Positions 39,882 through 51,912 of a DNA stretch of 64,000 nt are shown in pieces. The translations under genes and the position numbers were made by a program. Position 1 is the stretch's first letter. Each line of letters starts with the position of its first letter. The notes below the pieces were generated by a model that saw nothing but the letters and a program-made list of their open reading frames with translations, was not told the DNA's origin and did no database searches. Origin of the DNA: Minisyncoccota bacterium (GTDB taxonomy: Bacteria; Patescibacteriota; Minisyncoccia; SW-4-49-11); the NCBI GenBank assembly GCA_032117235.1, contig JAULZW010000012.1, forward strand, positions 3,230-67,229, read 5' to 3'.

Positions 39882-40986
39882 TTTTTTATTATAATTTCTT
39901 CTGGATCAAGATATAATCTGCCTATTCTATAATCAGCATAACCTTCTGGTCTGTTATTATTCACGGCATATTTACCTTCTGGAGGATTTGGTATATTATG
40001 CACAGTTTTGAATTGGTTATATAACATTACACTTCTATCTAAGTTATAATGTTCATGATAATAACTAGCTGGACCTTTTATCTGATGATGTACAAAGACT
40101 TCCCAATTAATTTGCTCAGTTGTAAATTCTATATATGGACCATGATCTCCATAGACTACTCTCTCATAGCCTATAGCTAAAATTTTTCCATTTTTATCAT
40201 AAAATATAAATTCATTTGACCCTTTTTCTGGTAAATTATATTCTTTTTCTATCCTCTGACGGTCTCGCTCACGATTAGGAGTATCTACTGTAGACTTCCA
40301 TTTTGTAGATTTTGGCAACATTTCGGGTAAATCCATCCCAACCGCCTGCCAAGACTGAGATAATAATTTATCAAATTCCTCTTTAGATGTATTTTCTAGC
40401 TCAATGTAGAATTTGTGTGGATTTGGAGTGTTTTCTTGAATATTATCTTGTACATTAAACTTGGGGTTCATCCTTAAAATAACATCTTTACGGTTTGGAT
40501 ATTCCTTCATTCCATCATTTGTAAACCCAAAGGAAGTATATGGATTTATAACATATTGATTCCAAACTGCTGAGTTAATTTGAATACTATAATTAACAGA
40601 TCCTTTTAGATGGTAAAATTTTATATTAAGTTCTAACCATAGTTTCAATAACTGTTTGGCAATACCTTGCCTCCTATAATTTGATTTTACAGCTAATTCA
40701 GATATATATATATAGTATTTTGGGGATAGAGATTATTATTTTCTGATTGCCTTTCATAGGCTATAATTATAGCTATTGGTGTTTTATTATCAAAAACTAT
40801 AAGACTATGCTCCCATTTCCCATAGAATATTCTATCTTTTTTATAATCTGCTAAAATATCTTGCTCTTTATATTCAACTAAAGGAATATCATTTACTAAA
40901 TTAGTTATTTGTTTAATACATAGTGTAGCTATATCTTTATCTAATTTATATACAATGTATCTTGCAATTTGTCCGACTTTTTTCAT
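39878..40986 (-). pseudogene. GNAT acetyltransferase fused to an uncharacterised domain, frameshifted at a TA repeat
   Basis: Removing one TA at 40702-40714 joins ORFs 40693..40986 and 39878..40648 and restores ISELAVKSNYRRQGIAKQLL (GNAT motif A). Confidence 0.8.
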
Positions 40987-41088
40987 ACAATATAATTATT
41001 TCATATAATATAGCATATTTTAGATTAAATAATAAATGGTTATTATATTTTGTAGACTCTTATCATATTGATTGCGATCATAAATTTC

Positions 41089-41112
41089 GTAGGGGCGACC
41101 TGCCAGTCGCCT
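41089..41112 (+). repeat. GTAG-type REP palindrome
   Basis: GTAG-GGGCGAC-ctgcca-GTCGCC. Confidence 0.55.
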
Positions 41113-41121
41113 GCTTTTGTC

Positions 41122-41145
41122 CTCCCTCCAAAGGGAGACAAAAAT
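41122..41145 (-). repeat. REP-like family B, half copy (inverted)
   Basis: Exact reverse complement of 37908-37931. Confidence 0.9.
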
Positions 41146-41198
41146 GTATAGATCTCAACTGTCCTACCTTGGAAGAGGTGGCACGAATTGGATTGTTC

Positions 41199-41245
41199 TA
41201 AAATTCCCCTCTTGAGGGGTGGTAGGCTATGCCTGACGGGGTGGA
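41199..41245 (+). repeat. REP-like family A full copy, 3' flank of DUF559 gene 1
   Basis: cccctc-tt-gagggg tg gt aggc-tat-gcct gac ggggtgga. Confidence 0.92.
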
Positions 41246-41251
41246 AAAAAT

Positions 41252-41701
41252 TTATCTCACAAAACTCTCTATATACTTCTCTCTATTTTGTATAGACAAC
41301 ATAACCTGCACCACTACTCCGTCCATTGCTTTTTTGATTGCTATATCTTCACAATGTACTATTTCTAAATTGAGACTTTGTAAAAACTCTTCTCTTATTG
41401 TATCATATTCTCCTTTATAATTATGACTTTCTCCATCTATCTCTAATACTAAACCCAATTCAGGGATCAAAAAGTCTACAATATAGTTTCCTATAATCAC
41501 TTGTCTATCTATATCATATCCTAATAGTTTTTTGTCCTTAAATGCAAGCCAAAATAATACTTCTGATAATACACCTGCTTGCCTTAATTCTTTTGCTTTA
41601 GTTTTAAGTCTGGGATTCTTTGGTAGTTTAGAGTAATTATATTTCCACCCCGTCTTTGTTTCACAAATCCACCCCTCAAGAGGGGAATATTTTAGCTCCA
41701 T
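41252..41701 (-). CDS. DUF559 / Vsr-like endonuclease (copy 1)
   Basis: LKTKAKELR, SEVLFW, RQVIIGNYIVDF, LEIDGESH, D.IREEFL. ATG 41701 lies 6 nt after a TATAAT. Confidence 0.88.
   Translation of the reverse strand: MELKYSPLEGWICETKTGWKYNYSKLPKNPRLKTKAKELRQAGVLSEVLFWLAFKDKKLLGYDIDRQVIIGNYIVDFLIPELGLVLEIDGESHNYKGEYDTIREEFLQSLNLEIVHCEDIAIKKAMDGVVVQVMLSIQNREKYIESFVR
41644..41688 (-). repeat. REP-like family A full copy (inverted), inside the 5' end of DUF559 gene 1
   Basis: Minus strand attcccctc-tt-gagggg tgga tttgt-gaa-acaaa gac ggggtgga. Confidence 0.92.
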
Positions 41702-41846
41702 ATTTTTATTATATCTCAAATAAAGTATATCATAAGTTTATTATAATTATATAACCAATAGATATTGTTTGAGGTTTCAACTTGCTCTTTCGACTATTCC
41801 CCTCTTAATAGTTAGATTATTACCATGTTTAAGAATTTGAACGCAC

Positions 41847-41892
41847 TAAAATTCCCCTCTTGAGGGGTGCCGTCTTTAGACGGTGGGGTGGA
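41847..41892 (+). repeat. REP-like family A full copy
   Basis: taaaattcccctcttgaggggtg ccgtct-tt-agacgg tggggtgga. Confidence 0.92.
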
Positions 41893-41937
41893 ATAATATT
41901 TAATTATACTTTTAGACTTAAATTCTAAGTTCGATTA

Positions 41938-42138
41938 TTATTGAGATTGTTCATACCGCTTACGAAGTTCAATAAAATCCTGAGTTTCATCATACAAATC
42001 TATTAAAAACCATCCCCCTAATACAATACCTCCTAAAACTAATATAATTAGAATACGACTAAGCACCTGACGCCAACCTGGTTTTGATCTGAGTAATAGA
42101 GCCAATAAAGCAAGTAATGAAAGATAATTTAAAATCAT
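41938..42138 (-). CDS. Small two-TM hypothetical protein
   Basis: 66-aa ORF, ATG start. Confidence 0.5.
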   Translation of the reverse strand: MILNYLSLLALLALLLRSKPGWRQVLSRILIILVLGGIVLGGWFLIDLYDETQDFIELRKRYEQSQ

Positions 42139-42154
42139 ATTAATAATATTATAC

Positions 42155-42376
42155 CTACTCTAACCAAAAATAAGGATTGCCAAATAAAAATGGGATTTTG
42201 TGTAGATAATATATGTTAAACCTACTAAAAATAAACACTTCTGCATAGATAATTAAAATTGGGAATATACACAATATAATATAAATAATAGCTTCTTTTT
42301 TCCCTAATTTTTTAGGTATAAAAAATCTTATACTAAAGTAAATTGTTAATAGAAATGGGTAAAAGGTATCTAACAT
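42155..42376 (-). CDS. Small membrane hypothetical protein
   Basis: 73-aa ORF, tightly spaced with its neighbours. Confidence 0.5.
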   Translation of the reverse strand: MLDTFYPFLLTIYFSIRFFIPKKLGKKEAIIYIILCIFPILIIYAEVFIFSRFNIYYLHKIPFLFGNPYFWLE

Positions 42377-42391
42377 ATTGAATATTAAGAT

Positions 42392-42850
42392 TTATAATTG
42401 TGTAAAATCAAGATATGGTTTAAATTTTTTAATAGATTCCTTAAATTGGTGTCCAAACCAATCTTGTATCTCATAAAAACTATCAGGATCTCTTGTCTCG
42501 AGATTATACGTATCTCTCATAGCTACACCTTTTTTATACATCTCATCGAGATAATTAACAATATCTTGATTAAATAAAAACTCTACTTCTAGCGTATCTC
42601 TTAAAAACATTTGCAAATTCTCCGTCGTACAATAATTATTCCCTACAATAATAGCAATAAACTCTTGTACTTTTATATAAATATCATAACGTTTTCGATA
42701 AAGTTCTAATTTTACTTTATCTTTTTCTATCCTATATTGCCCATATGCTATTACTGCAACACATATACCAGTTATTAATGAGATAATAAGAGCAACAGAT
42801 TCAATTCTCATTGAAAAAATTATATTTAAAATTAGATAGCAAACATCCAT
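42392..42850 (-). CDS. Hypothetical protein with N-terminal TM and helical domain
   Basis: IAYGQYRIEKDKVKLELYRKRYDIY...FLF...FKPYL; true start may be a later Met. Confidence 0.65.
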   Translation of the reverse strand: MDVCYLILNIIFSMRIESVALIISLITGICVAVIAYGQYRIEKDKVKLELYRKRYDIYIKVQEFIAIIVGNNYCTTENLQMFLRDTLEVEFLFNQDIVNYLDEMYKKGVAMRDTYNLETRDPDSFYEIQDWFGHQFKESIKKFKPYLDFTQL

Positions 42851-42904
42851 AAAAATATGGTTATATTTTATATTATACTACTTATTTTTCAACAAAACAA
42901 AAAA

Positions 42905-43015
42905 GCCCTTGCGATGATCTACTTTCCCCACGAGGAGTATCATCGACTCACAGAGGCTTAACTTCTAGGTTCGGAATGTAACTAGGTGTACCCCTCTGTG
43001 ATAAATCACAAGGAC
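42905..43015 (-). rRNA. rrf: 5S rRNA (short)
   Basis: Minus strand CATTCCGAACCTAGAAGTTAAGC, GATGATACT, GAAAGTAG; terminal helix CCTTGTGAT/ATCGCAAGG. Confidence 0.92.
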
Positions 43016-43130
43016 ATTTTTGTTCTCGAACACAAGATTATCTAAAAAAGATAATCTCATGCTCCAGAATTGGTGTAAATTTAGGTAAAGCAACACTACA
43101 TAACCTTGAGTATCAATCAAAAGTTAAAAA

Positions 43131-46133
<3,003 letters not shown>

Positions 46134-46318
46134 CTTTTTAAATTCTGATTCATACTTTTGGTGAAAGTAGTAAAATTGCATTACCTAAATTTACTTGTGA
46201 ATGAACCCTCTTATAGAAACAGATGATAATGTCTCAAAGGTTGAACTTTAAGAGGTCATCTCTGTCGCTATATACACTTCAAAAGTGAGTTAAGTGTGAA
46301 GTTGCGAGTACGATATTT

Positions 46319-46347
46319 ATAATACACGAAATCTTGAGGAGTGTCAA
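46319..46347 (-). promoter_or_regulatory. Sigma70 promoter of the 23S-5S unit
   Basis: TTGACA-17 nt-TATTAT on the minus strand, same hexamers as the 16S promoter. Confidence 0.8.
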
Positions 46348-46511
46348 GCGTTTTGGGGGAGAAGTGGAAGAAATAAGACAAGTAGCAATTCTGCCTCTAT
46401 TTTTTGGTAATAATAAACATAAAACCCTTGCCCTAATTCCATCTTTTATCATTAACTAAACTAAAAAACCCATTATATCCTAGAATATAATGGGTTTACA
46501 CATAAACGCTA

Positions 46512-46841
46512 TCAGCTACATTTTGAAATTCCTCCAGATTGAATATTTTTGCAGTAAAGCTGCCTATTCCCCCAGACTCTTCCATACTCTGTTATGGCTA
46601 CAATTTCGTAACCCTCTGGAGGGATTATTACTTTACCAATTTGCCCCTTTTTATATTCATATATACGACCATCCCTATCTTTTATGTAAAGTGTAGTGTT
46701 GGGTAAATAATTACCAAAACTGGATGCTGTAAAGAAGTTGTAACCATTAGGAATTGATATATCACTGACACCATTTGCATTTGAATCAGCACATGAAGTC
46801 AAAAGTATTATCAAAATGATTGCCACTACAGTTCTTTTCAT
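46512..46841 (-). CDS. Small predicted lipoprotein
   Basis: MKR + hydrophobic stretch + LTSC lipobox. Confidence 0.65.
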   Translation of the reverse strand: MKRTVVAIILIILLTSCADSNANGVSDISIPNGYNFFTASSFGNYLPNTTLYIKDRDGRIYEYKKGQIGKVIIPPEGYEIVAITEYGRVWGNRQLYCKNIQSGGISKCS

Positions 46842-46992
46842 TTGAATATTTCTCCAGAAAGAGCTTTATTATAATATCATATTTTCATTTTTTATCAAGA
46901 GATACTCATGATTCACTCCTCTAACCTTCGACATTAGTTGGGGAGTTTTTAGTTGACCCCAAAAAGCATCTTATGAAGAGTATAGTCTTTTA

Positions 46993-47034
46993 TATCCCCC
47001 TTTGGAGGGGGAAGTCTGCAAGACGGGGGTGGAT
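46993..47034 (+). repeat. REP-like family B full copy, 3' flank of DUF559 gene 2
   Basis: tatccccct-ttgg-aggggg aa gtct-gca-agac gggggtggat. Confidence 0.92.
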
Positions 47035-47047
47035 TAACCCAATACTC

Positions 47048-47431
47048 CTACTTTATTTTCAATATATGCTCTTGTTCTTCTATGACTTGTTCAATCATAA
47101 TATCTACACTAGATAATTCTTTTAGAATTTCATCATCAGTAAATCTCATTACTCTAAATCCTAGTTTTTCCAATCGATTTTGCCTAATACTATCATTGTT
47201 GGCTATTTCAATATGATTATGACTTTCTCCATCTACTTCTATGATGAGATGCAATTCTAAACACACAAAATCTACTATATATTGATCAATAACTCTTTGT
47301 CTACGGAATTTATGTCTTGTTTTAACCCCTTTCAAAATATATTTCCATAAACAAACTTCTGCCTTTGTCATCTCTTTTTTTAATGTATCAGCAATAGGTT
47401 TGAGTTGTATATTATAATGATGGTTTGGCAT
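47048..47431 (-). CDS. DUF559 / Vsr-like endonuclease (copy 2)
   Basis: YNIQLK, MTKAEVCLW, KFRRQRVIDQYIVDF, IEVDGESH, D.IRQNRLEKLGFRVMRF. Confidence 0.92.
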   Translation of the reverse strand: MPNHHYNIQLKPIADTLKKEMTKAEVCLWKYILKGVKTRHKFRRQRVIDQYIVDFVCLELHLIIEVDGESHNHIEIANNDSIRQNRLEKLGFRVMRFTDDEILKELSSVDIMIEQVIEEQEHILKIK

Positions 47432-47477
47432 ATATGATTTTGATATACACAGATTATACTATATATTCTGCTATCTT

Positions 47478-47518
47478 ATCCACCCCCGCCCTGCGGGCAC
47501 CCCCTCCGAAGGGGGATA
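47478..47518 (-). repeat. REP-like family B full copy (inverted), 5' flank of DUF559 gene 2
   Basis: Minus strand tatccccct-tcgg-aggggg t gccc-gca-gggc gggggtggat. Confidence 0.92.
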
Positions 47519-47542
47519 CATACTTTTGATATTCTATGAATA

Positions 47543-47592
47543 TTTTTGCCCCCCTTTGGAGGGAGAATCACATAGCGGTGGGCGTGGATAAA
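47543..47592 (+). repeat. REP-like family B degenerate copy
   Basis: tttttgcccccctttggagggag...gggcgtggataaa. Confidence 0.75.
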
Positions 47593-47662
47593 ATCCAATC
47601 TGTAAATAATATTGTGTCTACCTGTAACATAGCAGATAGGTCTACGAGGTTTCTCATCTTGT

Positions 47663-48454
47663 TTAATCTTTCCAACTATTATGTAGTGGTATTATATTTT
47701 TTAACTCTATTATCTCTTTATCACAATCTTTTAGATCATCTTCCCAACAAATAATAACATCATATTGATATTGAGGTTTATAGATACCCTCTCGTGTATA
47801 TGAGGACTTATATGTGGAGTAGAAAACTGTTCCCTCTTTTTGTGCTGAAAAAATCCTATCAAACACACTTAAGAACATATCCCTAATCCGCTTATCTGAA
47901 ATTGATTTAATGAATTCTTTATTTCTTAATAGACTACAAAATAGTTGCACACTATTTCTCATTACAACATCAATATATTCTAGAAGAGGAACAGAATCCT
48001 CTTTATATCTATTAATATTCGCTTCTGTAGTTAAGTTATCATATTGAGATAAATTTATTTTCCATTTGTTAAATAAATTTTTCACCTCTATGGTATCTTG
48101 ATAAATTCCTAAGATTAATTGCTTATCAAGATCAGATATATTCCAATTAGATAACATCTGTATATCAATTAATTTCTCAAGAACAGCAATACGAGGAGAA
48201 AATTTAGGATCATGGATATAAGGATCTTGAATATTTAGGTTATTATTATATGATTTTTCAATTGATGTAATAAAATTCATATTTTCCCATATCTCTATTA
48301 CCAAAGTAGTTTCAAAAAAATGCTGCAACTTTTCACGCTGTTTACGATCTTTATGTAAAGGGATTACAAGTCCAAATATTGCAATAATTAATCCGAGGAT
48401 ATTAATTAGATTATTTTGAATAGAGCAATTAATAACATCTATAAGATTATTCAT
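47663..48454 (-). CDS. Hypothetical protein with one N-terminal TM
   Basis: 263-aa ORF starting 5 nt after the HNH gene stop. Confidence 0.65.
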   Translation of the reverse strand: MNNLIDVINCSIQNNLINILGLIIAIFGLVIPLHKDRKQREKLQHFFETTLVIEIWENMNFITSIEKSYNNNLNIQDPYIHDPKFSPRIAVLEKLIDIQMLSNWNISDLDKQLILGIYQDTIEVKNLFNKWKINLSQYDNLTTEANINRYKEDSVPLLEYIDVVMRNSVQLFCSLLRNKEFIKSISDKRIRDMFLSVFDRIFSAQKEGTVFYSTYKSSYTREGIYKPQYQYDVIICWEDDLKDCDKEIIELKNIIPLHNSWKD

Positions 48455-48459
48455 CCCAC

Positions 48460-49623
48460 CTACCGATTTCCCTTTGCTCTATTATGTGTCTTACATAACA
48501 TCTGACAATTCTTGATATCCGTTGCACCACCTTTACTCCAAGCAGTGATATGATCGGCGTCCATATCAGCTAAGCTCCAAATTTTATCTTTGTTGGCGTC
48601 ATTCCCGATCGTACAAAGAGGACAATTGGATATTCCTTTGCTTTTGGCTTCTTCTGTCTGTGTAGCATAGACGGATTTTTTAATTGCCTCATCAAAAATT
48701 CTAACATCAAGTAATTTAGTATCGATTGAACCTCCCAAGATATATTCAAATATTCCTTTACGGTTTTTGACATACGGATCGGCATAGAGTTGATGTACCT
48801 TGGCTGATACTTCACTAGGATTATAAGCTGTTTTATGATACATCTCATATAATCTCCCCCATTCGAGTCCCCGCATTTCAGATTCTACATCAATGAATAC
48901 TCCAGACACCCAATCAATCACGGTATTGAAGTATGTTTTGAGTTCAGCAATATTGTTATCATAGCGATGACGGCTCATATAGTCTCCAATATTTCCTTTA
49001 CTTACCCAATCAAGAGCTCTCTCAAGGAATTCCTGTCTATTGGCACTTCCTGAGATATAGGCTGACCATTTTTGGATATTTGCATTTTGGGTATTACTAA
49101 ATTCTTCTTTCCCAAGTGTAATAAAAGGTCCAGAATATACCGCATTCAATAATTCCTGATTATTAAGCGGAACTCCAGCGATATTGATAGTTCTGAACCA
49201 TTCCTTAATCTCACTTTCTGTCCCTTCACATTCATAAATCAAGAGTTTTGTCTCAAGGATTTTGGTTTGTTTATCCTCGGCAATTCCACTAAAATACTGC
49301 TCCATTCCATTCTCATCTTTAACCGCAAATTTATTGGTTACATATCGTCCAATACTGGTAATTCTCTGCTGTCCATCTAATACCTCAAAGTTATCTGTAC
49401 CAACGGTATTAAAATATATCAATCCCAAAGGATACCCCTTGAGAATAGATTCTATGACAGCTACATCTCGTTTCCCGTCAGCATAAATATAATTCCGCTG
49501 ATATTCTGGCTGAATAGTAAGTTTCCCCGCAAGTCCGAATAGCCCTTTTCCCTCTAGTTCATTGTATACAAAGCCATCACAAATATCTCGCACCATAATG
49601 TCTGTTCTCAATATTGTCTTCAT
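48460..49623 (-). CDS. DUF262 (GmrSD/ParB-like) plus C-terminal HNH endonuclease
   Basis: [21 protein letters not shown]; CPLC...[11 protein letters not shown]...[16 protein letters not shown] 49623 preferred. Confidence 0.9.
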   Translation of the reverse strand: MKTILRTDIMVRDICDGFVYNELEGKGLFGLAGKLTIQPEYQRNYIYADGKRDVAVIESILKGYPLGLIYFNTVGTDNFEVLDGQQRITSIGRYVTNKFAVKDENGMEQYFSGIAEDKQTKILETKLLIYECEGTESEIKEWFRTINIAGVPLNNQELLNAVYSGPFITLGKEEFSNTQNANIQKWSAYISGSANRQEFLERALDWVSKGNIGDYMSRHRYDNNIAELKTYFNTVIDWVSGVFIDVESEMRGLEWGRLYEMYHKTAYNPSEVSAKVHQLYADPYVKNRKGIFEYILGGSIDTKLLDVRIFDEAIKKSVYATQTEEAKSKGISNCPLCTIGNDANKDKIWSLADMDADHITAWSKGGATDIKNCQMLCKTHNRAKGNR

Positions 49624-49624
49624 A

Positions 49625-50626
49625 TTATTTCTTCTTAATAGTATTTTTGAGCTTTTTGCCAAGAGCTTTGATACTGTCTAAATATTCTTTTTCTACTGGA
49701 GATAATGTCTTTGCTTGATATTTGCGATATTCTTGTATGACTTTTTCTTGAGCTTTTTTATTACTTATTGTACCTGAATTTTTGAGTATTCCCTTACCAA
49801 AATTATCAGAGAACTTATCCAACTCCCTCATCCAGTCTTCCATACGCATTTCTTGATGTTCTTGAGCTTTGATTTCGGCTAAATCAAAGAAAGCCGATAC
49901 CAGCCGATTCAGACGAAACAGCTCCTCCTCAGTCAAATAATTTTTGGCTATACTTACATCAGACAATGTTGGGATAGCTCCAGCAAATGTAGTCAATCCC
50001 ATAAAATCTTTGGTCGCATCCGCTCGACTATACATTGTTTCAGCAGCAGTATGGGCATTGGTAGCATAATGTAATTTATTTTGTACAATCTTAAAGAATG
50101 TTACCGAAGTTTTACTTTTGGGATTATAATCCATACTTGTAGCATAGAGATCTAGTACTTGTCGATAGAGAGCTTTTTCACTACTGCGAATATCTCGAAT
50201 TCGATTCAGAAGTTCCTTCCAATATCTACCTCCACCGGTTTCTTTGAGCCTCTCATCATCCATCACATATCCTTTGATAATATATTCACGAATTTGACGA
50301 GTTGCCCATTGACGAAAACGGGTACCTTGTACAGAACTCACACGATAACCAACGGATATAATGACATCTAAATTATAATAATTAGTCGGCTTGGTAGAAA
50401 AATCGGAATTTCCGATTTTTCTACTGGTATCTTCTGGAGCTAACTCTTCTTCCTTATAAATATTCAAAATATGTTCATTGATAGTAGATCGACTTTTATT
50501 GAATAGTTGTGCCATTTGTTCAATACTCAACCATACCGTCTCATCTTGTAATTTCACCTGAATAGCTGGCTGACCATTGGCATTCTCATACATAATAATC
50601 TCACCTTTGATATCTTTATCTTGCAT
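49625..50626 (-). CDS. RhuM family (virulence_RhuM) DNA-binding protein
   Basis: [50 protein letters not shown]. Confidence 0.9.
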   Translation of the reverse strand: MQDKDIKGEIIMYENANGQPAIQVKLQDETVWLSIEQMAQLFNKSRSTINEHILNIYKEEELAPEDTSRKIGNSDFSTKPTNYYNLDVIISVGYRVSSVQGTRFRQWATRQIREYIIKGYVMDDERLKETGGGRYWKELLNRIRDIRSSEKALYRQVLDLYATSMDYNPKSKTSVTFFKIVQNKLHYATNAHTAAETMYSRADATKDFMGLTTFAGAIPTLSDVSIAKNYLTEEELFRLNRLVSAFFDLAEIKAQEHQEMRMEDWMRELDKFSDNFGKGILKNSGTISNKKAQEKVIQEYRKYQAKTLSPVEKEYLDSIKALGKKLKNTIKKK

Positions 50627-50630
50627 AGAT

Positions 50631-51773
50631 TTATCGCTTATGTTTAATAAGTACTCGAGCATAAGGAACTTCAACTAGTCCATTTTTTATCATATATAAA
50701 TCACCATCCACTACCCCTCTTTTTTGAACCTCTTTACGATATTTTCTATGTTCTGGTTTATAAGGTCTTACTCCTATCGATAACCCCAAATTAGCTATTC
50801 CCAATCCGATAATCTCAAATTGCTCAGGACTATATTTATCTAAGAAACTTATCGGCACTCCCATTATTCCATCATAATCACTGGGGATGGCATTAGTATA
50901 TGGGATTTCTATGGCATCATAATTATCATATTTCTGATAACTATTTGGGTTAGTCTGAACCTTATTATTAAAGCGTTTATTATCCTCCATAGACATCAAG
51001 GGTAGGAGTTGATGTCTTTTGCCATGATCAATATTAGTAAACCAGCGAACACCTTTAACCCGAATATATCTTTTTCCAGCTTCATCAATTCTCCAACCAG
51101 CTGATTCTAAAGGATAACTTTCAGGAACTTCAAACTCCCTATCTCCACTCGAAATACTTTGTCCTAACCACATTTTATTTTCTTTAATCAAGGGGAAAAT
51201 TTCTTTATAGGTAATAGCATTCATATTCCCAATAACCACAAATTGCTTGTTAACTTCAGTAATCCATTCTAAAAATTCTCGGAATAAGGAAAAAGGCGGA
51301 TTGGTAATAATAATATCTGCCTCATCTCGCAATTTCTTGATCTCATCACTTCTGAAGTCTCCATCCCCTTTGAGATATTGCCATTCTAAATCTTCGACAT
51401 TGACTTTCCCTTCTCCTGTCTTATCTTGGGTTAAAGTGAAGATTTTCCCATTTTTGGCGGTTTTCTTTTTATCATATTGAGGGCTTGATTGTTCGAATAA
51501 GCTCGGTTGATAGATTTCTTTTAGATGTTTGCTTTCGGCAGCATAGCTAGTGCTAATTAGTTTTTTGAGTCCAAATTCTTGGAACTTTTGAGCAAAAAAC
51601 TTAGTAAAATTACTCCATTCTGGATCATCACAAGGAAGTAAAATAGTTTTATCTCGGAATATATCAGGATTATATTCTAAATAGGCAGATATTTCTTTTT
51701 CAATATCATGATATTGTGTATAAAATTCATCATTTTTTGCATTCTTTGCCCTTGTTAGATTGCTATTTGCCAT
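50631..51773 (-). CDS. Adenine-specific DNA methyltransferase, EcoRI-methylase family
   Basis: KNDEFYT, PCDDP..SNF, GDFRS, ITNPPFSLFREF, MGVPISFLDKY.P.QFEI. Confidence 0.92.
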   Translation of the reverse strand: MANSNLTRAKNAKNDEFYTQYHDIEKEISAYLEYNPDIFRDKTILLPCDDPEWSNFTKFFAQKFQEFGLKKLISTSYAAESKHLKEIYQPSLFEQSSPQYDKKKTAKNGKIFTLTQDKTGEGKVNVEDLEWQYLKGDGDFRSDEIKKLRDEADIIITNPPFSLFREFLEWITEVNKQFVVIGNMNAITYKEIFPLIKENKMWLGQSISSGDREFEVPESYPLESAGWRIDEAGKRYIRVKGVRWFTNIDHGKRHQLLPLMSMEDNKRFNNKVQTNPNSYQKYDNYDAIEIPYTNAIPSDYDGIMGVPISFLDKYSPEQFEIIGLGIANLGLSIGVRPYKPEHRKYRKEVQKRGVVDGDLYMIKNGLVEVPYARVLIKHKR

Positions 51774-51912
51774 ATTCTATTATTGTAATATATATTCATT
51801 ATATCATCTCCTAAGCTATTTGTTAAATATAAAAGACATTACGTAAGTGTATATTTAATAGTGAGAGATTGTTTTTTCATATTATTGATTAAATATTTAT
51901 ATTATACCATCT

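Noticed and set aside
40962-41420. Plus-strand ORFs 40962..41201 and 41229..41420 (also 47536..47754)
   Set aside because: Translations of repeat DNA or antisense to DUF559; no protein-like motifs.
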